DNA of 63,773 bases, counting the filler, from Sphacelaria rigidula (Eukaryota): NCBI GenBank assembly GCA_964200075.2. It is 7 parts of 7 records of this genome, joined end to end, with 100 filler letters (N's around TTAATTAATTAA, not from the genome) between each part and the next. Parts side by side here need not be neighbours in the genome. Positions count along the whole stretch, not along the records: positions 45,628 to 54,650 come from CAXNAA020009484.1; positions 54,751 to 63,773 come from CAXNAA020009485.1; 5 more parts are not named here. One strand, written 5' to 3'. The first letter of the stretch is position 1; the number at the start of each line of letters is the position of its first letter. Below are positions 49,734 through 62,226 of the stretch, piece by piece. Position numbers and translations under genes: made by a program. The notes beneath the pieces are model-generated. The model saw nothing but the letters and a program-made list of their open reading frames with translations. It did not search any database and was not told where the DNA came from.

Positions 49734-50258
49734 ATTCTAGAAAAGCTTCAGCAACCCTGTGCCGCCTCTACGCGCTTGGACATCAGCTTTGTGTACGGGT
49801 GCTCCTCCGACACCAAGAACAAGAGCATCATCCTGGTCAACCTCAAAACGAAAAGAGCACTGCAACCGGTGATGAACATCGTCCAACACGCGTTCGGTGA
49901 GCATTTCGGCGTGAACGTCTGGACCAACGCTGGCAACGGAGAGAAATTTGTACCCGCTAAAAAATGGACATGCGCACACAAGGCCACCGTGTCTACCACG
50001 GACGACAACAACAGTCGTCGGAAGGCGGCCGCGAGTTCAGGCTCGAGTACTAGTGAACCGGCACTGAGCACCATTCAACGGGTTCCCCGGGAAAACCTCG
50101 GGAGGAACGACGGGTTCGCCTTCTTGCTCACGATGATCCCGGAAGAAAACACCAACAGGGGTAGCGGGAGTGGCGAGGGCAGCAGCAGCAAGGGCGCGAT
50201 CGAAAAAGTCACCATGTATCGCTACTGCGGGAATAGGGAGCTCCTGACAGTAGTGGAG
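49734..50258 (+). CDS. Probable internal exon, protein of unknown function
   Basis: Polypyrimidine tract plus CAG acceptor, 175 open codons with GC3-rich codon usage (ILEKLQQPCAAS..KVTMYRYCGNRELLTVVE), and donor GAG|GTAAAC. Confidence 0.6.
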
Positions 50259-51634
50259 GTAAACAATGACAGCATATAGAGTGATGGTACAGTAGTAGTG
50301 CAAAGCGGTCAGAGGTAGTTTATACCCGTCAGCGCAGTATACAGTGTAGTTTTTTCAAATTCTTCTCCTTCTTCTCCCTTTTTTTTGTTCATGTTTAGTT
50401 TGTTGTCGTTCTTCTTCTTCTTCATATGTTTTTCTGTTCTGTTTTGTGTTTATGTATGTGCATGTATCATTCACATTTTTCACTACTTTTGTCGAGTTCT
50501 CTCTGGCAGCAAGGCATTTCATCCCGTGCTTTCTTTAGCAGCGCACGAAGAAGGCGTAGCGGTACATTACCGTTCAGGTTTGGGTGTCATATGATACCTG
50601 TGGCGCGTGTTCTGGCCACCGAAAGTCGCTTAAACTGGCTCTTTTTCGCCGGGTGTCGATCCCGAACCACAACAGTCTTTTCGAGGTCATGAAAAACTTC
50701 AAACAGGAACCCGAACCACAAGGGATGAGTTTTTTCGAACAGGATAACTTTTGGCGGGGTATTTCCCACCGTGGTTTTCTTTGCGTTCTGGTTGATTTGG
50801 GAGCACGAAGAACAGCGGTTATGCAGCGAGTGTCACGAGAACATCAGAGCAAAGCAGTTAAAAACAATTGAAAATTGCCTTGGCCTTAGTCAGCAGCAAA
50901 CACACGTCACATGATCTGAGATCTTTCATTCTCTAGTTTTGACGTAATGTATCTAACACCGTCATACTTGATTGGTAAAGTGGGGCCCAGTTATGCGAAC
51001 CCAACAGCCCTTTCAATCGTTCTACAGTAGTGGGCGGTCTAACTATTCATCTCGTGGCATTTTGTGATTTTTCCGTGATTGGCGATTTTCTTGGGCTCTT
51101 TTCGCTTGCCACCGCATAACACATCGGGGATCTGAAGATATTTGTAGCCGCTCCACATTCCAAGAAGAAAAAATCATCTGTACTCGATATTGAGTGACTT
51201 ACGGGCTGACCAGTCATCGGGGGTCCTGTCACATTTCAGACCAGATTCTCACTCTTGTGTATTTTCGGTCGATCGAGCCCGTCCTGATCATATTTGTAAT
51301 AAAATTTACAGTTTCATTTTTTTGAAATTCTGCCTACTCATTGCGCTAGGGCCTGATAACTGTGCTTCACGATCAATAACACCCTCCTGATGAACGGGGA
51401 ATTTACTCGTTTCGCCCGATAACACCAACATACACTGACTCGGGTACTGTGTTTCGAGGATGATCTGTTGTGCTGTACCAAAATCTACCGACGCTAGCAA
51501 TTTCGACTTCAATCGAAAGGTAGTACGCGAGGAAAGCCCCAAAACACCCCTAAATAGCTAGGCCGCCCACTACTGTACCTAGAACAAGACCCACGGGTCC
51601 TGTCCACGAAAAAATGACCACGAGGAAAGTTCCT

Positions 51635-51860
51635 CGGGTGTCGGCTAGACTGCTGTAGGAGATTTTGTTGAACTATCTGTGTACCTTGGGAGCCACGGAG
51701 CTATGTTGACGCTTCAAGCTCAAAGCCAATGCACTCGATGCCACTAATCGGGTGTCGGCTAGACTGCTCTGGGAGACTTGTTGAACTCTCTGTGTACCTT
51801 GGGAGCCACGGAGCTATGTTTATTCCCCAGCCCGAGGCCGACGCACATTATGCCATCAAG
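51635..51860. repeat. 114-bp tandem duplication (2 copies)
   Basis: CGGGTGTCGGCTAGACTGCT..TGTGTACCTTGGGAGCCACGGAGCTATGTT at 51635 and 51749. Confidence 0.9.
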
Positions 51861-53130
51861 CTCACATTCTGTGAGCTTGACTGTACACCACACTACAAAC
51901 TGTAAACAGGTGACCTAGACATCGTCTTGCATGCAGGGCTACACCATCCGTAGATTGATTAGCCTTGGTCTGGTGTATATATATATTTTCGACTTGCGTC
52001 ACCCCCGGGAGGCCCGTACCAACCTCCCGAAGGGGATCCTTGTATATAGATTTACATATATTTTCACAGTTACTTATTCTGTTCTGTTTTGTTCTTGCTA
52101 TCTGCGTTCATCTTCATTGTCCTTTTCTTTGACTTTCCTTTGGCGAATGCTTTTTTTGTTTTGTTTTTGTTTGCCCTCTTGTGTACGTATGTGCATATTG
52201 TGACCGCGCTTGACTCGGTTCCTTGGGGACTAGTTAATGTGCGACAACCACCCAGTCAAACAATATATCAATCCACCGATTAATAAAGAGTTTCGGAAAA
52301 TTCTTTCTGTCATTTCAGAGTGCAAATATCTCAGGATCAGAGTGCAAAAAAAAACTCATGGGAAAAAAGTTGAGGTGATACCACATTCGTCGGAGGGAGT
52401 TTATTTTTTGTTACACTCTGATTCTGAGACACTTGCTCTCTGAAATGACAAGGGAGCGTGTCCCGAAACTCTCTAACATTTGAGTATCCATGTCACCTAC
52501 CCCCCCCCCCCGCCCCCCTCTCTCTTCATGACTCTCTCGTCGTGATCTTGTTCCGTAGTTTGTAGAGAAAGGAACATTTTCCCGCCGGCTAGCTGTGAGT
52601 ATATCTTTGTTGCACAGTTTTTTACATCCACCTCTCGCGTGTGTTAGGTGCCAAATTTGGCCAACAATTTTCGCACAAGATTGGTTCGCGAATATGTGGA
52701 CGATTCACTCGCTAGTAGTCCTTCAACAATTTCGCGGCTTTTTTGTTGCCCCAAGAGATCCGTCTTGATCACCAAAATTTGGTCTATTTTTTCATCTATA
52801 GGCTCTGAAAAGATCGTTCAGCGTAATCCAAATTTGTATGGCTTGGGGTAGTTGTCGATAGCTACCAGTAGGCGAAGGAATAATGCAAATCATATTTGAT
52901 AAAATTGGTGTGGATAAGAATATTTGGATTTTCTGGGGTACTATCCTCAATGAAAAGGTCCATCTTCAATTCTGATATTCACCTGTTATCGCAACAACAC
53001 AATATTCGCGAGATTGAACACCCGGGGATTTCCCCTGCTACACGAGAAAAAAACTTGAAACAAAATAATCACTAGAAGACGATAAGTGAATGGCGCTGTT
53101 TTGTTTTTCTTTTTTTTAACAAAAATGCAG

Positions 53131-53595
53131 GGGGACGGCCGGCAGGGCAGTAATGGCGGACGACGCGATCGCCTCCGCAGTGTCGTATCACACGCCAAGC
53201 GCGAAATGGAGAAGCTCGCGAAACACTGCCCTCGTGGTAGCGCTAACGATGAGGGTGTAGGACGCCTCCGCAGTGGCGTATCACGCGCCAAGCGCGAACT
53301 GAAGGAGACGCTCGCGACACACCGCCGTCGTGGTGGCGCTAACGACGAGGGTGTAGAGAACGACGGTGAGAAGGGGGAGGGTGACCACGCACAAGCTGGT
53401 GAAACTGCGGCAGAAGCATCGCACTGCTCGGATATGGATGTGGAGGTGGATTCGCACGGGGGCGGGGAACCCGTAGAGACGGGGATGGAGGCGTGGGGAC
53501 ACGCAGAAACTGGTGGGGGACAGGGTGCTCTTGGAGCGGTGGCGGCGGGGGGCGGGGGGGGGATCGGGAAGAGGGGGGGCAGCGGAGGAGGGCTT
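53131..53595 (+). CDS. Probable exon (Gly/Glu-rich, internal ~31-aa duplication), possibly the same gene as 49734-50258
   Basis: T-tract plus TGCAG acceptor, 155 codons, donor CTT|GTGAGT, phase 0 at both ends. RLRSxVSxAKRE..ANDEGV occurs twice. Confidence 0.5.
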
Positions 53596-54650
53596 GTGAG
53601 TGATGTGTTTTCATGTATATATATGTTGTCATCAGGGTTGACCTTAAAATACGGTGTGCAGTATACGATCGGTACCTAGCATATGACCCCCCTCCCCCCC
53701 GACTCCCGAACCCCCCCCCCCTCCGGGTGATGGAAGTGGGTGATGAAAGTTCACTTTTTTTGGCATGTGATCGGTATCTACAGTGTTGTATCAGGGTACA
53801 TGGTATAACACCTTCTGAGTACTGAATATAACATCCCTTGGATGATGATGTCTTTTCGCTTCTCAAAAACGGATAAGTCGGGGGTCACCTACACCGTGTC
53901 GTATTGGTTTACTGTTATGCGTTTTTGTGTTTTTGTCGTTGTCTTTCATCTACGGCTTTGTTGATATTAAACACACGCATCATATATATCTGCATTGATA
54001 AGTCATGCGAGAACAGGCTGAAGAGATCCGACAAAATGTGTTTTTGAAGAGGAAGAAACAAATGAACTATGGAGTCGGAATATGTCCATGAAAGCGAGGA
54101 ATGCCATAAACACCCCCAATTATTTTGTAGTTTTTAGTGCAAATTCGCAGGGGGGTATAGTGAACTCATTTCAAGTGATTTAGCTGCCGGCCAGACGTTG
54201 TCGGACCTCTTGAGACTGACTGGAGTTGGTTCACGTGTCGAGAGGATGCTACAATGGTAGACGCGGAGCAGGAATGTTGCCAACATGTTTTGAGGTATCG
54301 AATGAGATTTGACCGCGGGTCGGCCAGACACATCCATCTGATGTGGTGAACGCGAAGCAGTGCGTCGGCTGTGGTTAGTTTTGGAGTCGCGTGGAGATGA
54401 TTCCACGCCCCCATTCAGAAAGGCTGCGGAAAAGGATCAGGTCACCCAACGGGTCTTAAATTTTTTGCGTTAGGTCACTCCTGTGGTTGTCGCTGCGAGG
54501 GCATTCGGAGTCTCCGGAGTGTTTGTTTTCGGTATGGTTTTCGTCAAGGAATCACAAAACCGTGTAAAATGAACAAAAAAGATGGGGGAGGAGGGGGGGA
54601 GGGGGAGGACTGAGAGATGGGCTACCCTCTCGACTCTGGTTGAGCACATG

Positions 54651-54750
54651 NNNNNNNNNNNNNNNNNNNNNNNNNNNNNNNNNNNNNNNNNNNNTTAATT
54701 AATTAANNNNNNNNNNNNNNNNNNNNNNNNNNNNNNNNNNNNNNNNNNNN
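54651..54750. other. Artificial contig linker
   Basis: N44-TTAATTAATTAA-N44. Confidence 0.99.
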
Positions 54751-54868
54751 ACCCCCCCCCCCCCCCCCCCTTTTTTTTGCATCTTTTTTGTGTCTCTTCG
54801 TGTTTTTATTCTGCAAAATGTTACTCATTTGATTGACTTCATCCCCCCCCCCCCTTTTCCCCCATCAG

Positions 54869-54981
54869 GCGACTACACTTTTTTTGAGAAGCTGTTCGGA
54901 CAGACGTCGAACAACAAGAAGCGGATGGAGTTGAAGAAAGAAGTCATGGCCAAGGCCAACGTTGTCACCGACCCCGACCTG
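54869..54981 (+). CDS. Exon A of an unknown protein with Ala/Lys/Pro-rich C-terminal tail
   Basis: CAG|GC GAC.. DYTFFEKLFGQTSNNKKRMELKKEVMAKANVVTDPDL|GTATGC. Confidence 0.72.
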
Positions 54982-55329
54982 GTATGCACGTTTCCTCATT
55001 GAATTAAAAGAAAAAGACGTGAACTCGAGATTTCGCGTTGTAGACCCAAAGATGTGTTCACGGTAGTCGGTCGATTTTCAAGAGGTCTTTCATTTGAAGT
55101 ATATGTTTTTGTTTCACACCGTGAACAAGAGATCACGTCATGAAAAACTGGACTGCGTGCAGTATGAAATATAGTGTCTATTGTGCAAGCAACGCGGTAG
55201 TCAATACTATACGCAGTACACTTTTTGACTACGTAATACATTGTCCAAGGTATGGCTGTATTTAGAAATAAAGACAGTCGACCCATTAACTGAGGTCAAA
55301 ATCAGCTGATGTACGACGTCAAAGCTGAG

Positions 55330-55366
<37 letters not shown>

Positions 55367-55565
55367 CCTTCGTGGGCACGTCCTGCGGGGTGTTGTCTCA
55401 GCGCCCAAAAAAACGGGNNNNNNNNNNAAAAAAAAAAACGCCAACCACACCACATCTCGAAAAACACCCTCCCTGTAAGACCTCAGAAGCGGAACCCCCC
55501 CCCCCCCCCCCCCCGGCGCTGTCCGCGCTCATGTGATGAATCTCTCTGCTCGGATTTTGCCGCAG

Positions 55566-55670
55566 TACAAAAGCTGGACGGCCAAGTACGGATACGGACG
55601 ATTTTTCCCCGTATATGTGGACAAATCTGGATTCGGCGACGACACCCCGCCGGCACCCTCTGCGAAACCG
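55566..55670 (+). CDS. Exon B of the same gene
   Basis: CAG|YKSWTAKYGYGRFFPVYVDKSGFGDDTPPAPSAKP|GTGAGT, phase 0-0. Confidence 0.75.
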
Positions 55671-56434
55671 GTGAGTCTTCTTCCAACATTTTTTCATGAG
55701 ATGCAGGATACAGGCATTAACTCAGCACGAATGTAATGCCGCAAGAACTGGAATGCTTTGGTTCGTGCGATAATGCGTGCCAATCTTCCGGGCAGGAATC
55801 GTAGGCACTAATAACATCATTTCGCAGGTTTCGATTTCATTCTTGCGCGCGGTATTGCCTTAGCACTCTGTTCATCCTCTCTATCATGTCTTCATCCATA
55901 AGCCGTTAGTCACGAATTGCAACAAGGGGCCCTACATGGGGAAATTACGGCACCAGCCCCCCCCCCTCCCCCCCAAGGGGTCGAGAACGAGGAAATGACC
56001 ACATCAGCTGTGCAAAAACCTTTTCCTCCCCGTTTCTCAACAAATATTCGGAACTAAACGATCAATCTCATCACCCACGGTCCTCCTCGACATGAGCATC
56101 CCAAAACCGAGGAGTTTGGGTGGGTCAGCCGTTCTTGTGGTGGCAGGGGAGCATATTCGCTGGCTGGACAATACTTTGGGGTCGCGATGATCGCCGGATA
56201 ATGAGTATTGAGTGCGCTAGCTTCGGCGAGACCGGCGGTCACCGACTCAGTACTTTCGCCAAACTGCTGTAGTGGTACAGCCGCCATGCTGAGGAGAGCG
56301 GTGCACGACGATTAGTTCGTTGCTACTACCGAACGATATGTAATATCTTGTGTAATATACATGCTGTGCTCGTGATGTAACCTGACTTCGGGATTACCAA
56401 CCGACATGGAAATATTATGATATTCTATATTGTA

Positions 56435-57045
56435 CTTCTTCTGTCCCATAAGTCTGTATCGTTATGTTTGTACGAGCCCTCAACGATGTCCGATTTGATC
56501 GAGCCCTCAACGATGTCCGATTTGATTTTCGATTATTTTGGTTGCATTCGCTGGCGTTTTTTTAGCTAGAAATAACACTCTTTCTACAACATGGCTGCTT
56601 GACCCGTGCAGCATCGCGGCCGAGAAAAATTAGGTCGGTCGAAATATGACAAATTTTCGCTCTTTTCCCCTGTCAAGCAGGAGACCCGGGAATCACGAAA
56701 AATTGTGAAAAAAAATGTGAAAGCCGCAGAACCACCACTGATTTGGATATATCCGTGACATTAATTTACACACCCCCATCTGACAACTTTTCAGCATGTA
56801 ATCGCGAGTGGTCGACGTCACAACGTCCAAAATCGGTCAACATCGGGGTATAAGTGGACCCAAAAGGGCCAAAATGGGGAATATTTTGATATGATTTTTG
56901 TATTGAAAACAACTTTTTTTTTTTCTCAGTCAGCTTCGTCTGCACGTTATCTCTCTAACGAGCCCAACTGTAGCATGATCGTGAGCATTGAAATGCCCAC
57001 ACGATTAAACGTCCATAACGATACAGACTTTTGGGACAGAGGAAG
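56435..57045. mobile_element. Stowaway-like (Tc1/mariner) MITE, intronic
   Basis: ~32-bp TIRs CTTCTTCTGTCCCATAAGTCTGTATCGTTATG / CATAACGATACAGACTTTTGGGACAGAGGAAG flanked by TA on both sides. Internal 27-bp tandem duplication. Confidence 0.88.
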
Positions 57046-57419
57046 TATATCCACTAGTTCATGCTAATTAGTTAAGTGGTTGGTTGGTGCATAGAATTTT
57101 ATTCATTGGACCAGGGGAAGACAATATATGTAAAGTGTGTGAATTTCATATGATGACGTAGTTTGCCCGCGTTGGAGCAGACAGCGACGTCCATCCAACG
57201 TGCATCTCTACATGTCGTCATCACACTGCACTGCAACACAACAAATGGATAGATCGCAAAGGAAATGTTTTACTTCTCTTCATTCTTCATTATTTTTTTT
57301 TTATTTCCATTATCTCAGTACAGGAAGAACTATCGCCATCATCCAACGATCAGGGAGGGTACCCCCCCATCACCTTTGGGGTATTCCCCCCCCCTCCTCC
57401 TGCCCCAGAATGAGGTTTT

Positions 57420-57897
57420 CAAGGTTGCGTTCTGTAAGGTACGGTTTTCTGTTTACCCGGGGTATTTTTCCGGTATGTACCGTACCTGACAAGTTCTGTG
57501 AGTTCTGTAAGACTTTCATACCCTGACCCGATAGTTCTGTAAGTTCTGTAAAATACATTCACCCGAACCCAAACGGGGGGTATACCCGACAAGAGTTACC
57601 CGTTTGCCGGTACCGGTTTTCTGTAAGCCTCCCATAACGTACCCGACAAGTTCTGTAAAGTCTGTAACACTTTCATACCGGTACCCGACAGCTCTGTAAG
57701 TTCTGTACATAATATTTATCCGATCCCGAAGGGCGGGTATACCCGAAAAGAGCTACCCGACTGTCGGTACCGGTTCTCTGTAAGCCTCCCGTACTGTACC
57801 CGACAAGTTCTCTAAAGTATGTAAGACTTTCATACCCGTACCCGACAGTGATGTAAACCCTACAGAACGTACGCGTACCTCACATAACACAACCTTG
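57420..57897. mobile_element. hAT-type MITE, intronic
   Basis: TIRs CAAGGTTGCGTTCTGTAAGGTACG / CGTACCTCACATAACACAACCTTG, perfect 8-bp TSD GAGGTTTT, and ACCCGACAAGTTCTGTAA internal repeats. Confidence 0.9.
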
Positions 57898-58981
57898 GAG
57901 GTTTTAGCGACACGGGTGGTCCTGGTGCCGTAATTTCCCGATGTAGGGCCCCTTGACTGCAAAGATGATTCACCTTCGAATGTATAGTGATGATCTTATA
58001 ATGTAAGTCGTTGACCTAGCGTGTGTGAGTCCCCCCGCCCCTTCCGCGCGCGCGCTTCAACTTGTTTGACTAGATCAATCTTGGTTATTATCAGTCTGTG
58101 TCCAGAGGCCGGACTTTGTTTAAGCCAAGGGCTCTCTCCCGACTGCACGTTGTAAATAACCCCTCTTCCCCCCCCCCCCTCCTCTCCCGCCCAGAAGTTG
58201 GCAAAAAGCTCAGTATGGGCGAGGCATACGTTGGGTTTGAGGGATGGATAACCCTCAGATACTGTAAATGACTACAGTACGTGATGTACAGCATACCACA
58301 ATACATGGGGGATCCTCAAAAGCGCGGTCGAATGAAGCTTGAAGCGCGCCGACTGACTGTACGGTACAGTGCGGTAGGTGGTGGGAATACGTTGAGGGGT
58401 ACCCATTGTACCTTGTGGCAATTATCCATTCCTGGGGGCCCCCGGGGATGTGTTAATATAGCAGGTGATTGACAGTTGCAGTCCAGCATTCTGTGCGTTT
58501 CCCCATCCACCTCGTGAAAAGAAAGTCGTGATCCATCAGCCGAAAAACCACGGCCACCGGTCCCAGGAAGACGGAGAATGCAAGAACTCCTCGTTTTGAG
58601 CTGCTCACACGCGGACGAACCCTGGGTTGTAAGGACATTGGTCAGTGTGTAATACTAGTGGAACTGGAAGAGTAAGATTTTTCCGGGGAGTTTCCTCATT
58701 CTCGACCGTGATGACTGAGGGGGTGGGGGGAGGGGAACAAGTAACAGCCTGCAGTTGATAGGGTCCCTTGCCTGAGCATACAACCCGCAATTTTTACTGT
58801 AAACGCTGTCGGAGATTTCAAGTTTTCGGGATGTTATTCGCTCCTGCGTCGAAATCAGGTGTCCTGATATCTTTCCCCCGCTATGCGCCCGCCCGCCCCC
58901 CGCCCCACCCTACCCCTACCCTACTTCATCGGGTTCTGGTGAACATGTGGATAATGGCGGGTACCTTTTGCGATGGGGCAG

Positions 58982-59110
58982 ACTGTGACGGCGGCCGCAC
59001 CCAAGGCTAAGGCGGCACCCGCCAAGAAGGCAGCTCCCGCCCCTGCTGCGAAGAAATCATCGTCCTCGGTCAAGGTGGCGACCAGACCGGCGGCAAAGGC
59101 TGCACCAAAG
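58982..59110 (+). CDS. Exon C of the same gene (AKP-rich)
   Basis: CAG|TVTAAAPKAKAAPAKKAAPAPAAKKSSSSVKVATRPAAKAAPK|GTGATC, 43 codons. Confidence 0.72.
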
Positions 59111-60344
59111 GTGATCTTCGAGACCAAATGATGACGGAAGAATGTTTTTTTCTCAGTAGTTGGTATGACCGGAAATGGTACGGGCTCGTGTCCATCCGAT
59201 TTAGCCTGCCTTGAACCTATTCTCATATTTCGGGGTTGATGATTGCTCTCCGAACATGAGGAAAAAAGGAAAGTCGGATTCCGAGGATCCACGGTTAGTA
59301 GAATCATCACGAGTAAGAATCACCAAATCCACGATTTCTTCGGCCTGATTGCCCAAAAGGGAGAAAAAAATTGACCGCTAGTCCAGGGTGTATTCACGCA
59401 ACTTTTGCGCCATTCCACGTGTCTGCGTGTACCTGGGTTGCAACGCTGAAAGCAAAGCCTAGGGATTGATTTGTAGAAGTCCAATCAATTATACTAGAAC
59501 CAAATAATTTCCAGACGAATCATTATTTGTCCGACCCTTGGATTCCTCGTTGATTATATGGGATATGGGGGAGGTGTTCTTTCGTGTTGCCCCCCTCACT
59601 CGCTGCAACACCCGTAATTTGAATTTTTTTTTTTGGTACCCCCCCAACGGTCACACAATTCTAGGCGTCCCTGTCACGTGTGGTCAGTCTCATCAAAACC
59701 GTTGTCATTTGTCCACCCCGCCACGACTGAACCGGAACAGATGAGGGCTATGTGTGGCATCAAGGTCGGCTTTATGCTTCGGGTTCCGTGGACGGTGGTC
59801 CGTGATAATATTTGTGGGACGAGATTACTTGAATCATCAATTTTGGGTCCCCACATATCATCGTTATCGTTGTCGTTCTTCTTAATATCATCACCATCGC
59901 CATCCACCATCTCACCGTCATGCTCATGCCAAAGTTGTTGTCATTACTATATTGTCCAGGTTAACAGTACCACTCACACAGCAGCACCATTAAGGCCAAG
60001 TGCATCCCAGGTCTTTTAAAGAGATAAAATAAGGCGGCACATTCCCGCACCCCCGAAAGCGGATTTATTTCTGTTCCGAAATGAGGTGGGCACAACCCTC
60101 CTCCCCCCCCCCCCAAGCAATGGCACCGGGGCCTGGGATTAGCGAACAACAAATATATCGATTTCCCGCTGTGTGAGCACCTCGTCCGTAGCACGTGTAT
60201 TTCAAGTACATACAAATTTCCAACCGCAAGCCGTTTTTTTTTTGTGCGCTTCTTCACGACTTACCGCTTCGTTGTTTCCGTTGTCGTGGTCGTTGTTGCG
60301 ATCTCGGGTGTCTTGTTTTGTTTCTCAAATGCTTTGCGATCAAG

Positions 60345-60458
60345 GCGGCACCGAAGGTGACGGCGAAGGCCAAACCCGCCCCCAAAAAGGTGGCCCCTAA
60401 GCCCGCTGCCCCCAAGCCCATGGGCAACATCAAGAACCTTCCCAAGGCCCTCAAGTAG
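60345..60458 (+). CDS. Terminal exon D of the same gene (AKP-rich)
   Basis: AAG|AAPKVTAKAKPAPKKVAPKPAAPKPMGNIKNLPKALK then TAG. Confidence 0.72.
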   Translation, partial: AAPKVTAKAKPAPKKVAPKPAAPKPMGNIKNLPKALK

Positions 60459-61839
60459 AAAAGTACCCTCGTGTAAAAACGCCAAGGTGACTGAGGCGCT
60501 CGAGACCGAAAAGGGAGCTTCCATCCATCTCTTGTACCTCTTGAGCGAGTGGGGAAGGAGGGTGAGAGTATGTGGATTCGGCCGTAGGTTCGTTGGTGTT
60601 GTCAGGGACCTGTGGCATTTTGAGAGGGTGATCATTTACACCTATGGTGTAGGCCATGCCATTCATCTTTTAGCTCTGTTGCCGCGGGGTTCTTCTTTTG
60701 TTTCATGTTGGTGGTAGTTGTGGTAGTGCTGCTGTTGCTGCGGGTATAGAATGTTGGTGATGATGTTGACACAACAGACTCACGAACGGGTTTACACATA
60801 GTAAGTACAGTGTGGGCTGCGTACGAGAAACATTCTGGTTGCACTGATGGACGGGACGAGCGTTATACGTTTGGGAGAAAACGTCGGTAAATACAATGAA
60901 GGAAGAGGAGGGCCGTGTTTGTAGAGAGGGAGGGCAACATAGGGGGCAGACGGAAGCTATCGGCTCTGTTTCAGCCTTGTGAAAGAAGTTGCCGGGGGTA
61001 CACAAGTAGCGACATCATGTTGTCGAGACGGGAAAGGGTGAGGACACATGAACAAAGTGACTGCTTGTTCACTAGCCGATCTATCGCCTGTACTTCGCAT
61101 CCGTTGCAAGTGAAAATGAAGCGAAAACAACTATCTCATAGTAATAATTAGGGGTGCGTTGCGGACCTTGAAACAACTGGGGTTGCAATTTAGTTGTGCG
61201 TGTGCACATTTTCACGGTGTCTGGGGTACCTTACGTGTCACGTACCTCGTTGGTGATGCTCTCGTGGGACACCATCGGTCAGTGGTTCAAGGGGCGGACC
61301 GGATATTTCGGGGGGAAGCGGATCGGACGCTTGAATCCAGGCTGGCGAGGAGGTGTAGTGCACTTCTTGGCCGGTTGATTCTTTAATGAGCTGTGGGGGC
61401 GGTGCTGTATCCCCCGCTGTCTCGCTTTTGTACGCGCTTGTCACATTTTCGACGACGAGAGGAGCATCCGTAGTTATTTCTCTCTTGTTCGTGCTATCCC
61501 TTGGTGTCGCACCGTAGTCGATGAAGGCTTGACCTGGTTTTTCTTGTAACGAATTAATCAAACGTCAATTTGCTAATCATCTTACTGCGCACTTTTCCTG
61601 TTTGGAATGATGAGCGCACGGGAACTAAACTTCGCCCCACCTCGTGAATCATCCTGGTACACCCACGTATAATACTACTCGACCAGCCAGTTTTTTTGGC
61701 TTCATAAATAATGGGGTGTAGGTCTTCCCCGACCAAGTTTTTTCATATCATGGTGTTGCACTTCGTCGATAGCACTATGAAACAATGTGCATGTCGCCCT
61801 GAGTGAAGGGGCCCCGTACTCGTCCAATCGGTATGACCA

Positions 61840-61955
61840 GTGAGCAGTTGATTGCGCTTACCGGTGCAGGCTTACCCCCATGACGGCTGGGGCGTGGGTT
61901 TGAATCTGGGGGAAGTCACACGATCTGGGATGTTTTTTTGCATCATACCTGACAA
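61840..61955 (+). mobile_element. Diverged SINE head related to the 43255-43655 family, 3'-truncated
   Basis: GACGGCTGGGGCGTGGGTTTGAATCTGGGGGAAGTCACACGATCTGGGATGTTTTTT aligns with GACGGTTGGGTCGTGGGTTCGAATCTTGGTGCAGTCACACAATCTTGGATTTTTT. Confidence 0.55.
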
Positions 61956-61957
61956 AA

Positions 61958-62226
61958 AAGCAATGCTACGGTAGGGGTGCACTTTTTTCGCGAAATTTTG
62001 TCTGGTTCAGGGGCTCCTAACGATTCTAGNNNNNNNNNNTAGACGCACAAGAATATGGGTCAGGGCATCCCCGTTTGCAGATTTATTCGGGATATCGCTA
62101 GCACATTGGAATAATAATCCTGGCGTGCTCTCAAATATTTCATAGGTCGTGTTTTGGATGAGATCAAGGGCTCCTAACATTTCCAACCTCAGAAAATATT
62201 TGTGTACCCCTACCGTAGCATCACTC
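61958..62226. mobile_element. MITE with ATGCTACGGTAGGGGT TIRs (Tourist/Harbinger-like); homologous right end at 9127-9200
   Basis: ATGCTACGGTAGGGGTGCAC / GTACCCCTACCGTAGCAT. The same right end including CACTC occurs at the start of contig 2. Spans a 10-N gap. Confidence 0.7.

Noticed and set aside
51200..51542. pogo/CENP-B-like transposase remnant
   Set aside because: Only vague resemblance (RTTFRLKSK, YDQDGL); insufficient support.
58982..60458. Histone H1 gene
   Set aside because: The AKP tail is H1-like, but the upstream exons do not encode the H1 globular domain.
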